Part shown: positions 51,834-62,627 of the stretch, piece after piece
Position numbering within the stretch: position 1 is the first letter of the stretch
How the letters are laid out: each line of letters begins with the position of its first letter
Assembly (NCBI GenBank): GCA_963747235.1
Contig: CAVVEU010000004.1
Coordinates: forward strand, 64,001 to 128,000
Origin: an uncultured Candidatus Rokubacteria bacterium
GTDB lineage: Bacteria; Methylomirabilota; Methylomirabilia; Rokubacteriales; CSP1-6
DNA: 64,000 nucleotides
Direction of reading: 5' to 3'
Program-made: the position numbers and the translations under genes
Notes under the pieces: model-generated
What the model was told of the DNA's origin: nothing
Database searches by the model: none
Seen by the model: the letters and a program-made list of their open reading frames with translations, nothing else

Positions 51834-51994
51834 GCATTTCCCCTTGTAGGTGGCGTGTATTGCCATTGGCTCCTGCGCGATGCCAGATCAGTGCCCCAAG
51901 GATATCAGCCGGTTGAGGCGTGTGCGGAACTTTAGGCTGGGCGCCCCGGCCGTGTCAAGGCGGCCGCCGCTACGCCGGCCGGAGGGGCGGGACG

Positions 51995-52841
51995 CTAGCT
52001 CTTGACGGACCCCGCGGTGAGCCCGGCCACGTAGTAGTCGACGAAGAAGGAGTAGATGACCGCGACCGGGATGGAGCCGAGCAGCGCCGCCGCCATGAGC
52101 TGCCCCCAGTAGAAGACGTCCCCGCGGATCAGCTCGGTGATCGCGCCCACCGGCACGGTGCGCACCTCGCTCTTGGCGAGGAAGATCAGCGCGTAGAGGA
52201 ACTCGTTCTGGGCCAGGGTGAAGGCGAAGATCCCGGCGGAGAGCAGGCCCGGGGTGGTCAGCGGCAGCACCACGCGCCACATGGCCTGGAAGCGGCTCGC
52301 TCCGTCGATGCGCGCGGCTTCCTCGAGCTCGCGCGGCACGCTCTTGAAGTAGCCCATGAGCAGCCACGCGCAGAACGGGATCAGCAGGGTGGGGTAGGTC
52401 AGCATCACCGCGCTCAGCGTGTTCCCCAGGTCGAGCCGGTTGATGATGTCGGCCATCGGGATGAAGAGGAGCGGCTGGGGCACCAGGTAGGTCGCGGCGA
52501 CCCCGATGGCGACGATCGCGGCGCCGGGGAAGTTCAGGCGGGCGAGCGGGTAGGCGATCATCGCGCCCGAGGACCAGCGAGATCGCGGTGGTGATCACCG
52601 CCACCAGCATGGTGTTGTAGGTCCACAGCAGGAAGTTCGTGTCGGCGAGCAGGTCGTGGTAGTGCTTGAGCGTCGGCTGGTAGACGACCAGCGGCATGAT
52701 CTTGGCGTTGTAGAGCTCCCGGTTCGGCTTGATGGACGCGATGAGCATCCAGTAGAACGGGAACAGCATCACCACCAGGCAGACCAGCACCGGCAGGTAG
52801 ATCCGGAGGATCCGCGAGCCCCAGCCGCGCCCGTCGATCAC
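51995..52841 (-). CDS. Carbohydrate ABC permease (MalG-like); frameshift near 52565
   Basis: VPRELEEAARIDGA, GLTAGSVKS. Confidence 0.9.
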
Positions 52842-53774
52842 GTCTGGCGCCTCAGGTAGAGCGTGAGCGCCACGATCATGACCGCGAGGGCCGGAAGCAT
52901 GGCGAGGGCCGCCGCCGCGCCCATGCCGAGCTGTCCACCCGACATCCCGAGGTCGAAGGCGTAGGTGACGAAGACCTGGGTGGCATTGGCGGGCCCGCCG
53001 TGGGTGAGGGCGTAGACGATCTGGAAGTCGGAGAAGGTGAAGATCACCGAGAACATGGTCACGATGATCAGGATCGGCATGATGATCGGCAGCGTCACGT
53101 GAAGAAACCGCTGTCGAACCGAGGCGCCGTCGATGGCGGCGGCCTCGTAGAGCTCGGGCGAGATCGTCTGTAGCCCGGCCAGGAGGGTGATGCCGTAGAA
53201 GGGGATGCCGCGCCAGGTGTTGACGATGATGATCGCCACCATGGCGAGCGTCTTGTTGCCGAGCCAGGAGAAGCCGCTGCTGACCACGCCGGTATGCACG
53301 AGCACCCAGTTGATGACGCTGAAGGTGGGATCGAAGATCCACATCCAGGCGACCGTGCTGAGGATGGTCGGCACGATGAAGGGCAGGAGCAGGAAGGCGC
53401 GGACGAGACTCCGGCCGCGGAAGTGCTGGTTGATGATGAGGGCCATCGCGAGGCCGCCCAGCAGCTTCAGGATCGTGGTGACGATGGTGTAGACGAAGGT
53501 GTTGCGGGTCACCTGCCAGAACACCGCGTCGTGGGCGAGGGTGATGAAGTTGCCGAGCCCGATGAACACGCCGGGCTTGGCGACCGGCCGATCGTGCAGG
53601 CTCAGCCAGACGCCGTAGAAGAGCGGATAGGCCACGAACGCGAGCAGGAAGAGGACGCCCGGCGCCAGCATGATCCAGCTGAACGCCCCTTCCCGCTCGA
53701 GCACGCCGTGGAAGCAGGCGCGGCCGGACCACGACCGAGGCCGATCGGGCCACCAGGTCGGGCCGGACCGCCAT
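52838..53774 (-). CDS. Carbohydrate ABC permease (MalF-like)
   Basis: IGLGNF, ELYEAAAIDGA, GGPANAT. Confidence 0.9.
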
Positions 53775-53777
53775 CGC

Positions 53778-55052
53778 CTACTTCGCCTTGTAGATCTGCT
53801 TGAGCTGCGCGGCCGCGGTGGCGATGACGTCCTTCGTCGAATCGCCCCGGCAGGCCTTGGCGAACATGTCGCAGAGCACGTACTTCGCCACGCTCTCCGA
53901 CATCGCGTGGCCGGGAGGGCCGGGCCACCCGTGGAGCCGCGAGGTCTTCAGCGATTCCTTGAAGGGCATGTAGCGCGGATCCGCGTTCCACATCGGATGG
54001 TTGTCGTAGCCGTTCAGGAACGGCGCGTAGTAGGCGTCGCCCGCGACGAGCCAGCGCGAGAGCTGCTTGTCGTCGTAGAGCCAGCGCAGGAAGGCCTTGG
54101 CCGCGGCCGGGTCGGGCGCGTGCGAGGCGATCGCGTGGGACTGCGGGTTGTAGAGGTGGTAGCGGCCCTTCGGCCCCTGGGGATTGAGGCCGTGGTCGGT
54201 GACCTTGGCGATGTCCGGGAAGTCACGCTTGGCCACGATCAGGATGGACATGGCGTTGTTGGTGCAGGAGATCTGCTCGCCGAAGAACGCCTTGTTGTTG
54301 TTGACGTCGGTCCAGCCGAGCACGTCCTCGAGCATCGTCTCCTGGTAGAACCTCCGGCAGAAGTCCACCGCCTGGGCGGTCTCGGCCGAGTCGATCAGCA
54401 CGGTCTTGCCGTCCTTGTCGACCTCGCGGCCGCCGTACGACCAGAGGAGCGGGTACATCCAGCCGTGGTTGTCGCCGAAGCCGTGGCCCAGCTCGAAGCC
54501 GAAGGGGTGGCCCTTCTTCTTGAGCATGCGGCCGACCGTGAGGAGGTCCTCCCAGGTGTCGGGGAACTTGGTCACGCCCACTTCCTTGAACCAGTCGGTG
54601 CGGTAGCACTCGAGCTGGCCGATGTTGCCCCAGGGCAGGGCCTTCCACTTCTTGTTCACCACCACCGAGTCGAGGATGTTGTCGTGCCAGGGGCCGAGCT
54701 TCTTGCCGATCTCGTTGGCCACGTCGGTGACGTCGAGCAGGCCCTGGTCGAAGAGGTGGGGCCAGTTGACGCCGGTGGCGACGATCTCGGGGCCGGACTT
54801 GGTCTCGACGATCGTGGTGAGCCGGGTGAGCATGCTGCCCACGCTCACCGGCTCGTAGCCGACCTTGATGCCGGTGAGCTTCTCGTACTCGGGGGAGAGC
54901 GTCTTCACGAAGAAGTCGTCGAAGCCCTTGATGAACGAGCTCTCGTGGACGACCGTCATCGACTTGACCGCGGCGCTCGCGCGCCGGGGAGCTACCGCGG
55001 CGGCCGCGCCGCCGACGAGGGTCGAGGTCAGGAATTCGCGTCGAGTGCTCAT
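53778..55052 (-). CDS. Extracellular solute-binding protein (family 1), Tat signal
   Basis: STRREFL, CYRTDWF, FPDTWED; paralog of 50535-51833. Confidence 0.9.
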   Translation of the reverse strand: MSTRREFLTSTLVGGAAAAVAPRRASAAVKSMTVVHESSFIKGFDDFFVKTLSPEYEKLTGIKVGYEPVSVGSMLTRLTTIVETKSGPEIVATGVNWPHLFDQGLLDVTDVANEIGKKLGPWHDNILDSVVVNKKWKALPWGNIGQLECYRTDWFKEVGVTKFPDTWEDLLTVGRMLKKKGHPFGFELGHGFGDNHGWMYPLLWSYGGREVDKDGKTVLIDSAETAQAVDFCRRFYQETMLEDVLGWTDVNNNKAFFGEQISCTNNAMSILIVAKRDFPDIAKVTDHGLNPQGPKGRYHLYNPQSHAIASHAPDPAAAKAFLRWLYDDKQLSRWLVAGDAYYAPFLNGYDNHPMWNADPRYMPFKESLKTSRLHGWPGPPGHAMSESVAKYVLCDMFAKACRGDSTKDVIATAAAQLKQIYKAK

Positions 55053-55249
55053 GAGACCTCCTCCGCGACGAGGCGGACAGGTGGGGGACGGTTCACTGCT
55101 CGAGGAGCATAGCGAGAGGGTTTGCGCGCGCGGCGCACCGAGTGGAGCGTTCGTGATCGGGCGCCGATTCCATCCGGGCCTCCGAGAAGCGGCCAACTGG
55201 CAAGCGTGTCCGGGACTCTAGGCCCGCCGGCGGGGGCCTGTCAAGGCGA

Positions 55250-55633
55250 TCAGCGGGGGGCGGGGCCCACGACCTCCATGAGGGCGCCGAGCCCCCGGTG
55301 GAACGTGGGCGCGCCGCCCGGCACCACGCAGGCCTCGAGCACCTCGAACAGCTCGGCGGGGGTCGCGCCGAACTGGATCGCCCGCCGCATGTGCGCCACC
55401 AGCCCGGCCCGCTCCCCGCCGCGGAAGCAGAGCAGCGCGATGGCCACGAACTCGCGCACCTTGGCCGAGACGTGCTGGCCCTCGCCCAGGGAGAGCTCGT
55501 AGAGGCGGTTGTAGGCCTCGACGAACTCGGGGTCCTGCCGCGCCGCGAACTCCCACTCGGGGTACATGTAGCCCCGCGCCGCCTTCATCTTGGCGATGAG
55601 CGCTTCCGCCTGCTGCTCCCGATTGTCTGGCAT
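55250..55633 (-). CDS. Carboxymuconolactone decarboxylase family protein
   Basis: SAKVREFVAIAL, HMRRAIQFGAT..E..EVL. Confidence 0.85.
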   Translation of the reverse strand: MPDNREQQAEALIAKMKAARGYMYPEWEFAARQDPEFVEAYNRLYELSLGEGQHVSAKVREFVAIALLCFRGGERAGLVAHMRRAIQFGATPAELFEVLEACVVPGGAPTFHRGLGALMEVVGPAPR

Positions 55634-55638
55634 GGTCT

Positions 55639-56829
55639 CTAGTCCTTTGGCAGCCCGAGGACCCGCTCGCCGATGATGTTGCGCTGGATCTCGCTGGTGC
55701 CCCCCGCGATCGTGTACTGCCGTGCGCTCAGCACGCGGTTGTACCAGCGCGGGCCGTCGGGCACCTGCGGGCTGGCGCGGTTCACGAGCGCGTGCGGGCC
55801 GAGCAGCTCGCCCGCGAAGTCGGCGATGCGCACGCCCAGCTCGGAGCCGAAGAGCTTCAGGATGGAGCCCTCGGGCCCGGGCGGCTCGCCGCGGAGCTGC
55901 CGGGTCAGGTTGCGCATGCGCGTGTAGCGCTGGCACTGCGCGTCGATCAGGAGCTGGGCGAAGCGCTGGCGGATCACCGGGTGCTCCCACGCGGGCCGGC
56001 CGTCGAGCGGCACCGTCATGGCCAGCGCGCGCAGCCGCGCGAGCTGCTCCTCGTGGCCGCGTCCGCCGCCGCCCTTGCGCTCGTACATGAGCGTGGTCAT
56101 CGCGGGCTTCCAGCCCTCGTTCTGCCGGCCGATCAGGTTGGCCTTCGGCACCGCCACGTCCACGAAGAACACTTCGTTGAAGTGCCGGTGGCCGTTGAGC
56201 AGCACGAGCGGGCGCACCGTGATGCCGGGCGTCTTCATGTCCACCAGAAGATAGCTGATGCCGCGATGCTTGGGCGCGCTCGGATCGGTGCGCACGAGGA
56301 GATAGATCCAGTCCGCGTACTGCGCGCCCGACGTCCACACCTTCTGCCCGTTGACGACGAAGTGGTCGCCGCGGTCGTCGGCGCGGGTGCTGAGGCCGGC
56401 CAGGTCCGAGCCCGCGCCGGGCTCCGAGTAGCCCTGGCACCAGATGTCGTCGCCGCCCAGGATGCGCGGCAGGTAGCGCTGCTTCTGCGCCTCGGTGCCC
56501 CACTCGATGATGGTCGGACCCGCCATGCCGATGCCGGAGTAGCCGGGGAGCACGGGCGCCCGCGCCCGGAAGCATTCCTCGTCGTAGATGACCTGCTCCA
56601 TCAGGGTGGCGCCGCGCCCGCCGTAGTCCTTGGGCCACGAGATCCCGACCCAGCCCGCCGCGTACATGCGGCGCTGCCAGTCGCGCCGGCGCTCGAAGGT
56701 CGCGCGATCCGGGGCCACCCGCTCGTCGGTCGGGTCCTCGATGCGGAGATCGTCGGTGAGGTTGGCGGCGAGCCAGCGGCGGATCTCGGCGCGGAAGTGC
56801 TCCTGCTCGGGCGTGTAGGTGAAATCCAT
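55639..56829 (-). CDS. Acyl-CoA dehydrogenase family protein
   Basis: WCQGYSEPGAGSDLA, NGQKVWTS, TIAGGTSEIQRNII. Confidence 0.93.
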   Translation of the reverse strand: MDFTYTPEQEHFRAEIRRWLAANLTDDLRIEDPTDERVAPDRATFERRRDWQRRMYAAGWVGISWPKDYGGRGATLMEQVIYDEECFRARAPVLPGYSGIGMAGPTIIEWGTEAQKQRYLPRILGGDDIWCQGYSEPGAGSDLAGLSTRADDRGDHFVVNGQKVWTSGAQYADWIYLLVRTDPSAPKHRGISYLLVDMKTPGITVRPLVLLNGHRHFNEVFFVDVAVPKANLIGRQNEGWKPAMTTLMYERKGGGGRGHEEQLARLRALAMTVPLDGRPAWEHPVIRQRFAQLLIDAQCQRYTRMRNLTRQLRGEPPGPEGSILKLFGSELGVRIADFAGELLGPHALVNRASPQVPDGPRWYNRVLSARQYTIAGGTSEIQRNIIGERVLGLPKD

Positions 56830-56936
56830 GGGCCCTCTTCTAGCACCGCTGCGCCCGCGACTCAAGGCGTGCTACATTCAGCGGTATCTCGACGCGGTAT
56901 TCCCTGGCCACGGAGGCGGCATTGGCTCACAAAGGC

Positions 56937-58136
56937 ATGAAGTTCGGCATCTTCCTCGCGCCCTTCCACAAGGTCGGCGAGAACCCCACGCTCGCGATGA
57001 GCCGCGACATGGAGCTGATCGAGTGGATGGACCACCTCGGCTACGACGAGGTGTGGATCGGCGAGCACCACTCGGCGGGCTGGGAGCTGATCGCCTCGCC
57101 CGAGGTCTTCATCGCCGCCGCGGCCGAGCGCACGCGCCACATCATGCTGGGCTCCGGGGTCACGAGCCTCCCCTACCACCACCCGCTGATGGTCGCCCAG
57201 CGCTTCGTGCAGCTCGACCACATGACGCGCGGCCGCGCCATGCTCGGCATCGGGCCCGGCGCCCTCGTCTCCGACGCCTACATGATGGGGATCGAGCCGG
57301 TGACCCAGCGCGCGCGGATGGACGAGTCCCTCGACGCGATCATGCAGCTCTTGAAGTGCGAGGAGCCGGTGACGCTCAAGACCGACTGGTTCGAGCTGCG
57401 CGAGGCCCGGCTGCACCTCGCGCCCTACACCGATCCGCACTTCCCGATCGCGGTGGCCAGCACGATCACCCCGGCGGGAGTGATGACCGCGGGCAAGCAC
57501 GGCATCGGCGTGCTCTCGCTCGGGGCGGGCTTGCCCGGCGGGCCGGAGGCGCTCTCCAACCAGTGGAAGATCGCCGAGGAGACCGCGGCCAAGCACGGCA
57601 AGACCATGGACCGGAAGAACTGGCGGCTCGTGGTCAACGTGCACGTCTCCGACGACGACGAGCTGGCGCTCCGGGAGGTGTCCCGGGGCGAGCGCCACGA
57701 GACCATCACCTACTTCGAGGACACGCTCGGCCGGCCGCCCGGCCGCGCCGACGATCCGCTCCGCGAAGGGGTCAAGATGGGCACCACGCTGGTCGGCACG
57801 CCCGACACCGTGATCCGCGGCATCGAGCGGCTGGAGACGCTGAGTGCGGGCGGCTTCGGCGGCGTCCTCTTCCGCGCCCACGAGTGGGCCAACCGCGAGC
57901 AGACCCTCAAGAGCTACGAGCTGTTCGCGCGCTACGTGATGCCGCGCTTCCAGGGCTCGCTCGGCCCCATCCGCGAGTCCAACGAGTGGGCGCGGAGCAA
58001 CCGCAAGACCATCTTCAGCCCCAACGTCGAGGCGGTGCGCCGCGCGTTCACGGACGCGGGCCGGGATGTGCCGGCCGAGTTCCGCAACCGCACCGTGGGC
58101 GCGCGGGACGTGGACGACTCGAACCCGCCCCGGTAG
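56937..58136 (+). CDS. LLM-class flavin-dependent monooxygenase
   Basis: MKFGIFLAPFH, WIGEHHSAGWE, SLPYHHP, YVMPRFQ. Confidence 0.92.
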   Translation: MKFGIFLAPFHKVGENPTLAMSRDMELIEWMDHLGYDEVWIGEHHSAGWELIASPEVFIAAAAERTRHIMLGSGVTSLPYHHPLMVAQRFVQLDHMTRGRAMLGIGPGALVSDAYMMGIEPVTQRARMDESLDAIMQLLKCEEPVTLKTDWFELREARLHLAPYTDPHFPIAVASTITPAGVMTAGKHGIGVLSLGAGLPGGPEALSNQWKIAEETAAKHGKTMDRKNWRLVVNVHVSDDDELALREVSRGERHETITYFEDTLGRPPGRADDPLREGVKMGTTLVGTPDTVIRGIERLETLSAGGFGGVLFRAHEWANREQTLKSYELFARYVMPRFQGSLGPIRESNEWARSNRKTIFSPNVEAVRRAFTDAGRDVPAEFRNRTVGARDVDDSNPPR

Positions 58137-58155
58137 GGGCGGTCCCCGCGGGGCG

Positions 58156-58656
58156 ATGAGCATCGAGCTGCGCGATGCGCGTCGCTCGCTGGTCGATCGG
58201 GAGTGGCTGATCAACGTCTACCCGGTCTATCTCCACGACCTCTCCGCCTTCGACAGCACCTACTACACCCTGGACGAGCGCGGTCTCTGGAGTCCGGATC
58301 ATCTGCCGGGCTGGCTCAAGGAGGACCCGGATCACCCGCTGATCATCGTGGAGGCCGGCCGTCGTGTCGGCTTCGCGCTGGTCAACCAGGCCCCGTCTCC
58401 CCACATGCAGCCGGGGATGGACTTCCGGATGTCGGAGTTCTTCGTGCTGCGGGCGGCGCGCGGCCGCGGGATCGGACGGCGGGCGGTGTTCGCGCTCTTC
58501 GACCGGTTCCGCGGGAAATGGGAGATCTTCGAGCTCCCGCGCAACGCGCCCGCGATCAGGTTCTGGCGCGGAGCGCTCGGCGCGTACCGCGACGGTCGCT
58601 TTGCCGAGACGAGCGACGCGTCCCACGTGCGCCAGGTCATCGATACTACCGGGTAG
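58156..58656 (+). CDS. GNAT family N-acetyltransferase
   Basis: YLHDLS, SEFFVL..ARGRGIG, N.PA..FW. Confidence 0.88.
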   Translation: MSIELRDARRSLVDREWLINVYPVYLHDLSAFDSTYYTLDERGLWSPDHLPGWLKEDPDHPLIIVEAGRRVGFALVNQAPSPHMQPGMDFRMSEFFVLRAARGRGIGRRAVFALFDRFRGKWEIFELPRNAPAIRFWRGALGAYRDGRFAETSDASHVRQVIDTTG

Positions 58657-58726
58657 TTCGTTCCAACCGCGCGGTTCTGGCGGGGCCCCACCGAGCGGAA
58701 ACGCCATATCGATCGCGCATAGCTCG

Positions 58727-58742
58727 CGGCATGCTTGTTGCT
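58727..58742 (+). promoter_or_regulatory. Sigma-54 -24/-12 promoter
   Basis: CGGCATG-CTTG-TTGCT upstream of the PRC-barrel gene. Confidence 0.55.
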
Positions 58743-58783
58743 CACTTCGACCACGAATCAAATCGCCTCGAAAGGAGCGTCCC

Positions 58784-59111
58784 ATGCTGCGACCGATCAA
58801 GAACGTGCTCAACTACCGGATCCTCGCCACCGACGGGGAGATCGGCAGCGTCAGCGATCTCATCGTGGATGACCAGGAGATGAAGCTGCGCTACCTCGTC
58901 ATCGACACCGGTAACTGGCTGCCCGGGCAAGAAGGTGGTGCTCTCGACCGCCTGGATCAGCAGCGTCGCCCCCGAGCGCGAGACGGTGGTGATGAACATC
59001 GAGAAGAAGCGGATCCAGGAAGCGCCCGAGTACAAGCCGGACGCCGATTGGAGCCGCGAGTACGAGACGCGGCTGCACGATTACTACCGGTTTCCGTACT
59101 ACTGGCTGTAG
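58784..59111 (+). CDS. PRC-barrel domain protein; frameshift near 58928
   Basis: ATDGEIG.V.D..VDD...LRYLVIDTG.WL, E.RLHDYY..P.YW. Confidence 0.85.
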
Positions 59112-59113
59112 AT

Positions 59114-60204
59114 CTACCAGGTCCGGGTTTCGCCGGGCTTGAGGATCCAGGCGGTGGCGGGGTCGATCCCGCGCCGCTCGATCTCGGCGCGCATCCGGGT
59201 CGGCGGCTCGTCGTAGGGCTCGCGAGCGAGGGCGAACGTGCCCCAGTGCACGCCGAGCAGGTGGGAGGCGCGCAGGTCCAGCGTGGCCTGCAGCGCCTCC
59301 TCCGGCGACATGTGCACGGGCTTGGCGATGTCGCGCGGGGTGTAGGATCCGATCGGCAGCGCGGCCAGGTCGAACGGGCCGAGCCGGTTCCCCGTTTCCG
59401 TGAAGTGGCGAAAGTATCCCGTGTCGCCGCCGAAGTAGAAGCGCTTCGAGCCCAGCACCGCCCACGAGGACCAGAGGCGACGGCCCTGGTCGATGACGGT
59501 GCGGCCGCCGCCGTGCTGGGCGGGTGTGCACACCACCGTCAGTCCCTTGACCGTGACCGATTCGCCCCAGTCGAGCTCCACCGCGTTGGTGATGCCGCGA
59601 TCGGCGAGCCACGCCTTGATGCCGAGGGGCACGACGAAGAGCGGGTCGAACTTCCGGGCGAGGCGGCGCACGGTGGGCTCGTCGAGATGATCGTAGTGAT
59701 CGTGCGAGATCAGGACGAAGTCGATGGGCGGCAGGTCGTCGAACGCGATGCCGGGCGGCGTGTAGCGGCGCACGCCGATGAAGCCGCTGAAGGGGCCGCT
59801 GCGCTCGGCCCAGTTCGGATCGGTCAGGAAGGTGACCCCGTCGAGCTGGACCAGCACGGTGGAGTGGCCGATCCAGGTCACGGTCGGGGCGTGCGCGCGG
59901 TCGCGCAGGGCGGCCCAGTCGGGCGTGCCGAGCGGGAGCGCCGCGACGCGACTCTCCGAGACGAGCCAGGTGGCGCCCATCACCAGCGAGTGCAGGCGCG
60001 CCCAGTAGGACGCGCGCCGGTACTCCGGGTCGACGTTCTTGTAGGCGCTGCCCGCCCGCTTCGCGGGATCGAAGAAGCCGGGCGCGACGTGGGGAACCGG
60101 CGTCTCGGCGCTCGACGCCGCGGGCCCGAAGGCGGCGGAAATCCATCGCCGGCGATCAGGGTCAGGACGACGACGAGTAGGAGCGATGGCACGCGGCGAT
60201 GCAT
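59114..60204 (-). CDS. MBL-fold metallo-hydrolase (NAPE-PLD/RomA-like); frameshifted
   Basis: TWIGHST, ISHDHYDHLD, FGGDTGY, LPIGSY, HWGTF. Confidence 0.9.
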
Positions 60205-60245
60205 ACCTTCAGCGCTAGCGTCCGGCCGTCAATCGGCGTCCGCGA

Positions 60246-61513
60246 TCAGAGCTGACCCGGACCGGGAGCGAGAGGATCTCGAGGATGCGGTCGATGAGTC
60301 CCGCGGTTCCTCCATTCCTCGTAGGTGACCTGGCGGGACTCGTCCGAGATCCTTCTCGAAGACGCGCTCGAGCCGGCGCGCGATGCCCCCGTCGTAGACG
60401 ACCAGGTTCAGCTCCTCGTTCAGCTCGAACGAGCGACGGTCGAGGTTGGTGCTGCCCACGGTGGCCCAGATCGAGTCGATCACCATGGTCTTGGAATGCA
60501 GCAGCGCCGCCCGGTACTCGTGGATCTCGACGCCTGCCAGGAGCAGCCGGCCGAGCTGGCCCGGCTCGCCTGCCGGACGAGATTGTGGTCGATCGCTCCG
60601 GGCAGGAGCAGGACGACGCGCACGCCGCGCCGGCGGGCCTGCACCAGCGTCTCGATCATCTTGTCGTCGGGCACGAAGTACGGATTGGTGATGTAGATCG
60701 ACCGGCGTGCCGAGGCCATCGCGAGCAGGAACATGGTGTACATCGCCACGCTGCCGCCCGCGGGCGAGCTGCGCACGATCTGCGACTCGACCGCGCCCTG
60801 GCGTCGCAGCGGCCGGGGAAGTAGTCGGCCCCCCCAGAGCACGCTCCCGGTCGCCTCGAGCCAGTTCTCCGCGAACGCACCCTGGAGCTGCTCACCACCG
60901 GGCCCTCGACCCGCATGTCGGTGTCGCGCCACTGGCCTTCCTGCTTGCCGTCGCCGCTCCACTTGCCGCTCGTGCCCGAGCCTCCGGTGATACCCACTCG
61001 CCCGTCCGCGACGAGGATGCGTCGATGGTTCCGGTAGTTGACCCGATCGATCGTCCACGGGGTCAGCGGCCGGTAGACAGCCACCTCGCAGCCGGCCTCG
61101 GTCATCCAGTGGCGGTACTGCGACGGCATCAGCAGCGAGCCGACCGCGTCGAGCAGCACGTGCACCTTGACGCCCGCCCGGCAGCGCTCCGCGAGCGCCT
61201 GGGCGGTGTCCGCGGCGGGCTCACCCTCCTCGAACACGTACTGCGCGTAGGTGATGGTCTTGCGCGCGGCCCCGGATCACCGTGAGCTTGGCCGGGAAGA
61301 TCTCCTCCCCGTTCAGGAGGACGTCGACCCGGTTGCCCGGCTACGACCGCCGCGCCGGTGTAACCGACGAGGGTGGCCGGAGCGCGGGCTCCGCGATCCG
61401 CAGCTCGGGGATCTTGAGGTGGGGCTGGACGTGGTTGCAGCCGGCCAGCCCCAGCAGAAGAAGACAGGCGGCGAAGAGTCCGGCGAGGGCTGCCCGCCGG
61501 CGGCCGGGCTCAC
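60246..61513 (-). CDS. Cardiolipin synthase / phospholipase D family; heavily frameshifted
   Basis: RNHRRILVADG, WRDT, ITNPYFVPD, LHSKTMVID, VGSTNLD.RS. Confidence 0.85.
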
Positions 61514-62204
61514 AGCTTGCGGAGAACTTCGATCCGATCTCCGTCGCGGGGTGGGTGCTGAGGAAGCCGCCGCCCCCTCCGTCCCGTTCCGCGCTCATCA
61601 GCCACGTGAGGGTGTTGATCATGACGTCCTTCGGCTGCGACCGATCCGCTTGAGCAGCTCGACGCCGTGGCGGTCGGCCTCGTACTCCTCGTTGCGGCTG
61701 TAGCTTGCGCGTGGATCGAGCGCGCCCGCGATCGGCACGACGCTGGCCTGCGCCCGGAATGATCTGGTCGAGGATGACCGCGCCGATCCCGATCCCGGTG
61801 CCGAGCGCCTGGGCTTTCGCCACGTGTCCCAGGTCGTCGTGCGCGACCTCGTGCGCCATCACCGCCAGGAGCTGGTCGTCGTTGGCCTTCTGCAGGAGAC
61901 CGGTCGTGACGTAGAACTCACCGTTGCCCGCGTTGGCCGCGTTGATCGCCGGGTCGTCGATGATGCCGACCTTGACCTGACCCGGTCGCCTTCGGCTTGT
62001 TCATGACGGCCAGCAGCGGGACCATCACCTTCTTCAGCCGTTCGACCTGGGCCGGGTCGACCGTCTTCTTGGCGGTGGTCGGGGCGGGCCGGCGAGGGCC
62101 GCGTCGGTCCGTCCGCTCGAGGGCGGCGCCGAGGTGGTCTCGACGGCGCAGCCGCCGAGCAGGGCCGCCAGGAGCGCCCCTCCGACCGACCGCCGCGCGC
62201 TCAT
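61510..62204 (-). CDS. M48 family metallopeptidase lipoprotein; frameshifted
   Basis: LLGGC lipobox, INAANAG, AHEVAH, FLSTHP. Confidence 0.85.
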
Positions 62205-62449
62205 CGCCGCTCCCGGGGGTTCGCGTGGGCCGGACCGCGTCCTGACCCGACCTGGAGCGTCGAGGTGACCTGATCCTTCGCGGAGTCGAAGATGCTCCTC
62301 GGCGGTGGACTGGACCGACTGGAGCGTATCGGCCGCCACCAGCGCGCGCGGTCCGGCCCTTGGTGTTGGCGAGGCGCCGCAGATCCGTCGCCCCACACGT
62401 AGACCGCGATGCCGCCCACGATGGCTCCCAGCAGGAATCGACTCAGCAT
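62201..62449 (-). CDS. Small membrane-anchored hypothetical protein (YtxH-like); frameshifted
   Basis: AGGAG RBS, FLLGAIVGGIAVYVW. Confidence 0.6.
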   Translation of the reverse strand: MLSRFLLGAIVGGIAVYVWGDGSAAPRQHQGPDRARWWRPIRSSRSSPPPRSIFDSAKDQVTSTLQVGSGRGPAHANPRERR

Positions 62450-62462
62450 GATGCTCTCCTTC

Positions 62463-62627
62463 TCACGCCGCTACGTTGTGGATGGGCCACTCGACTCCGG
62501 CGCTCCGCCGGATCTCGTGCCCGCAGGGACCGAGCGCGATCACGAGGGCCTCGCCCCGCTCGCGCCAGTCTTCGACCTCCCGAAAGGTGTTGCACGTCCG
62601 ACAGTACAGCGCCGGCATCCCGTTCAT
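62463..62627 (-). CDS. Small zinc-ribbon-like protein (54 aa)
   Basis: GGAGG RBS, CRTC...PCGH. Confidence 0.6.
   Translation of the reverse strand: MNGMPALYCRTCNTFREVEDWRERGEALVIALGPCGHEIRRSAGVEWPIHNVAA

Noticed and set aside
51881-51896. Possible sigma-54 site GGGCACT-GATC-TGGCA upstream of the SBP gene
   Set aside because: Both the -24 and -12 elements deviate from consensus, so it is too weak at this GC content.
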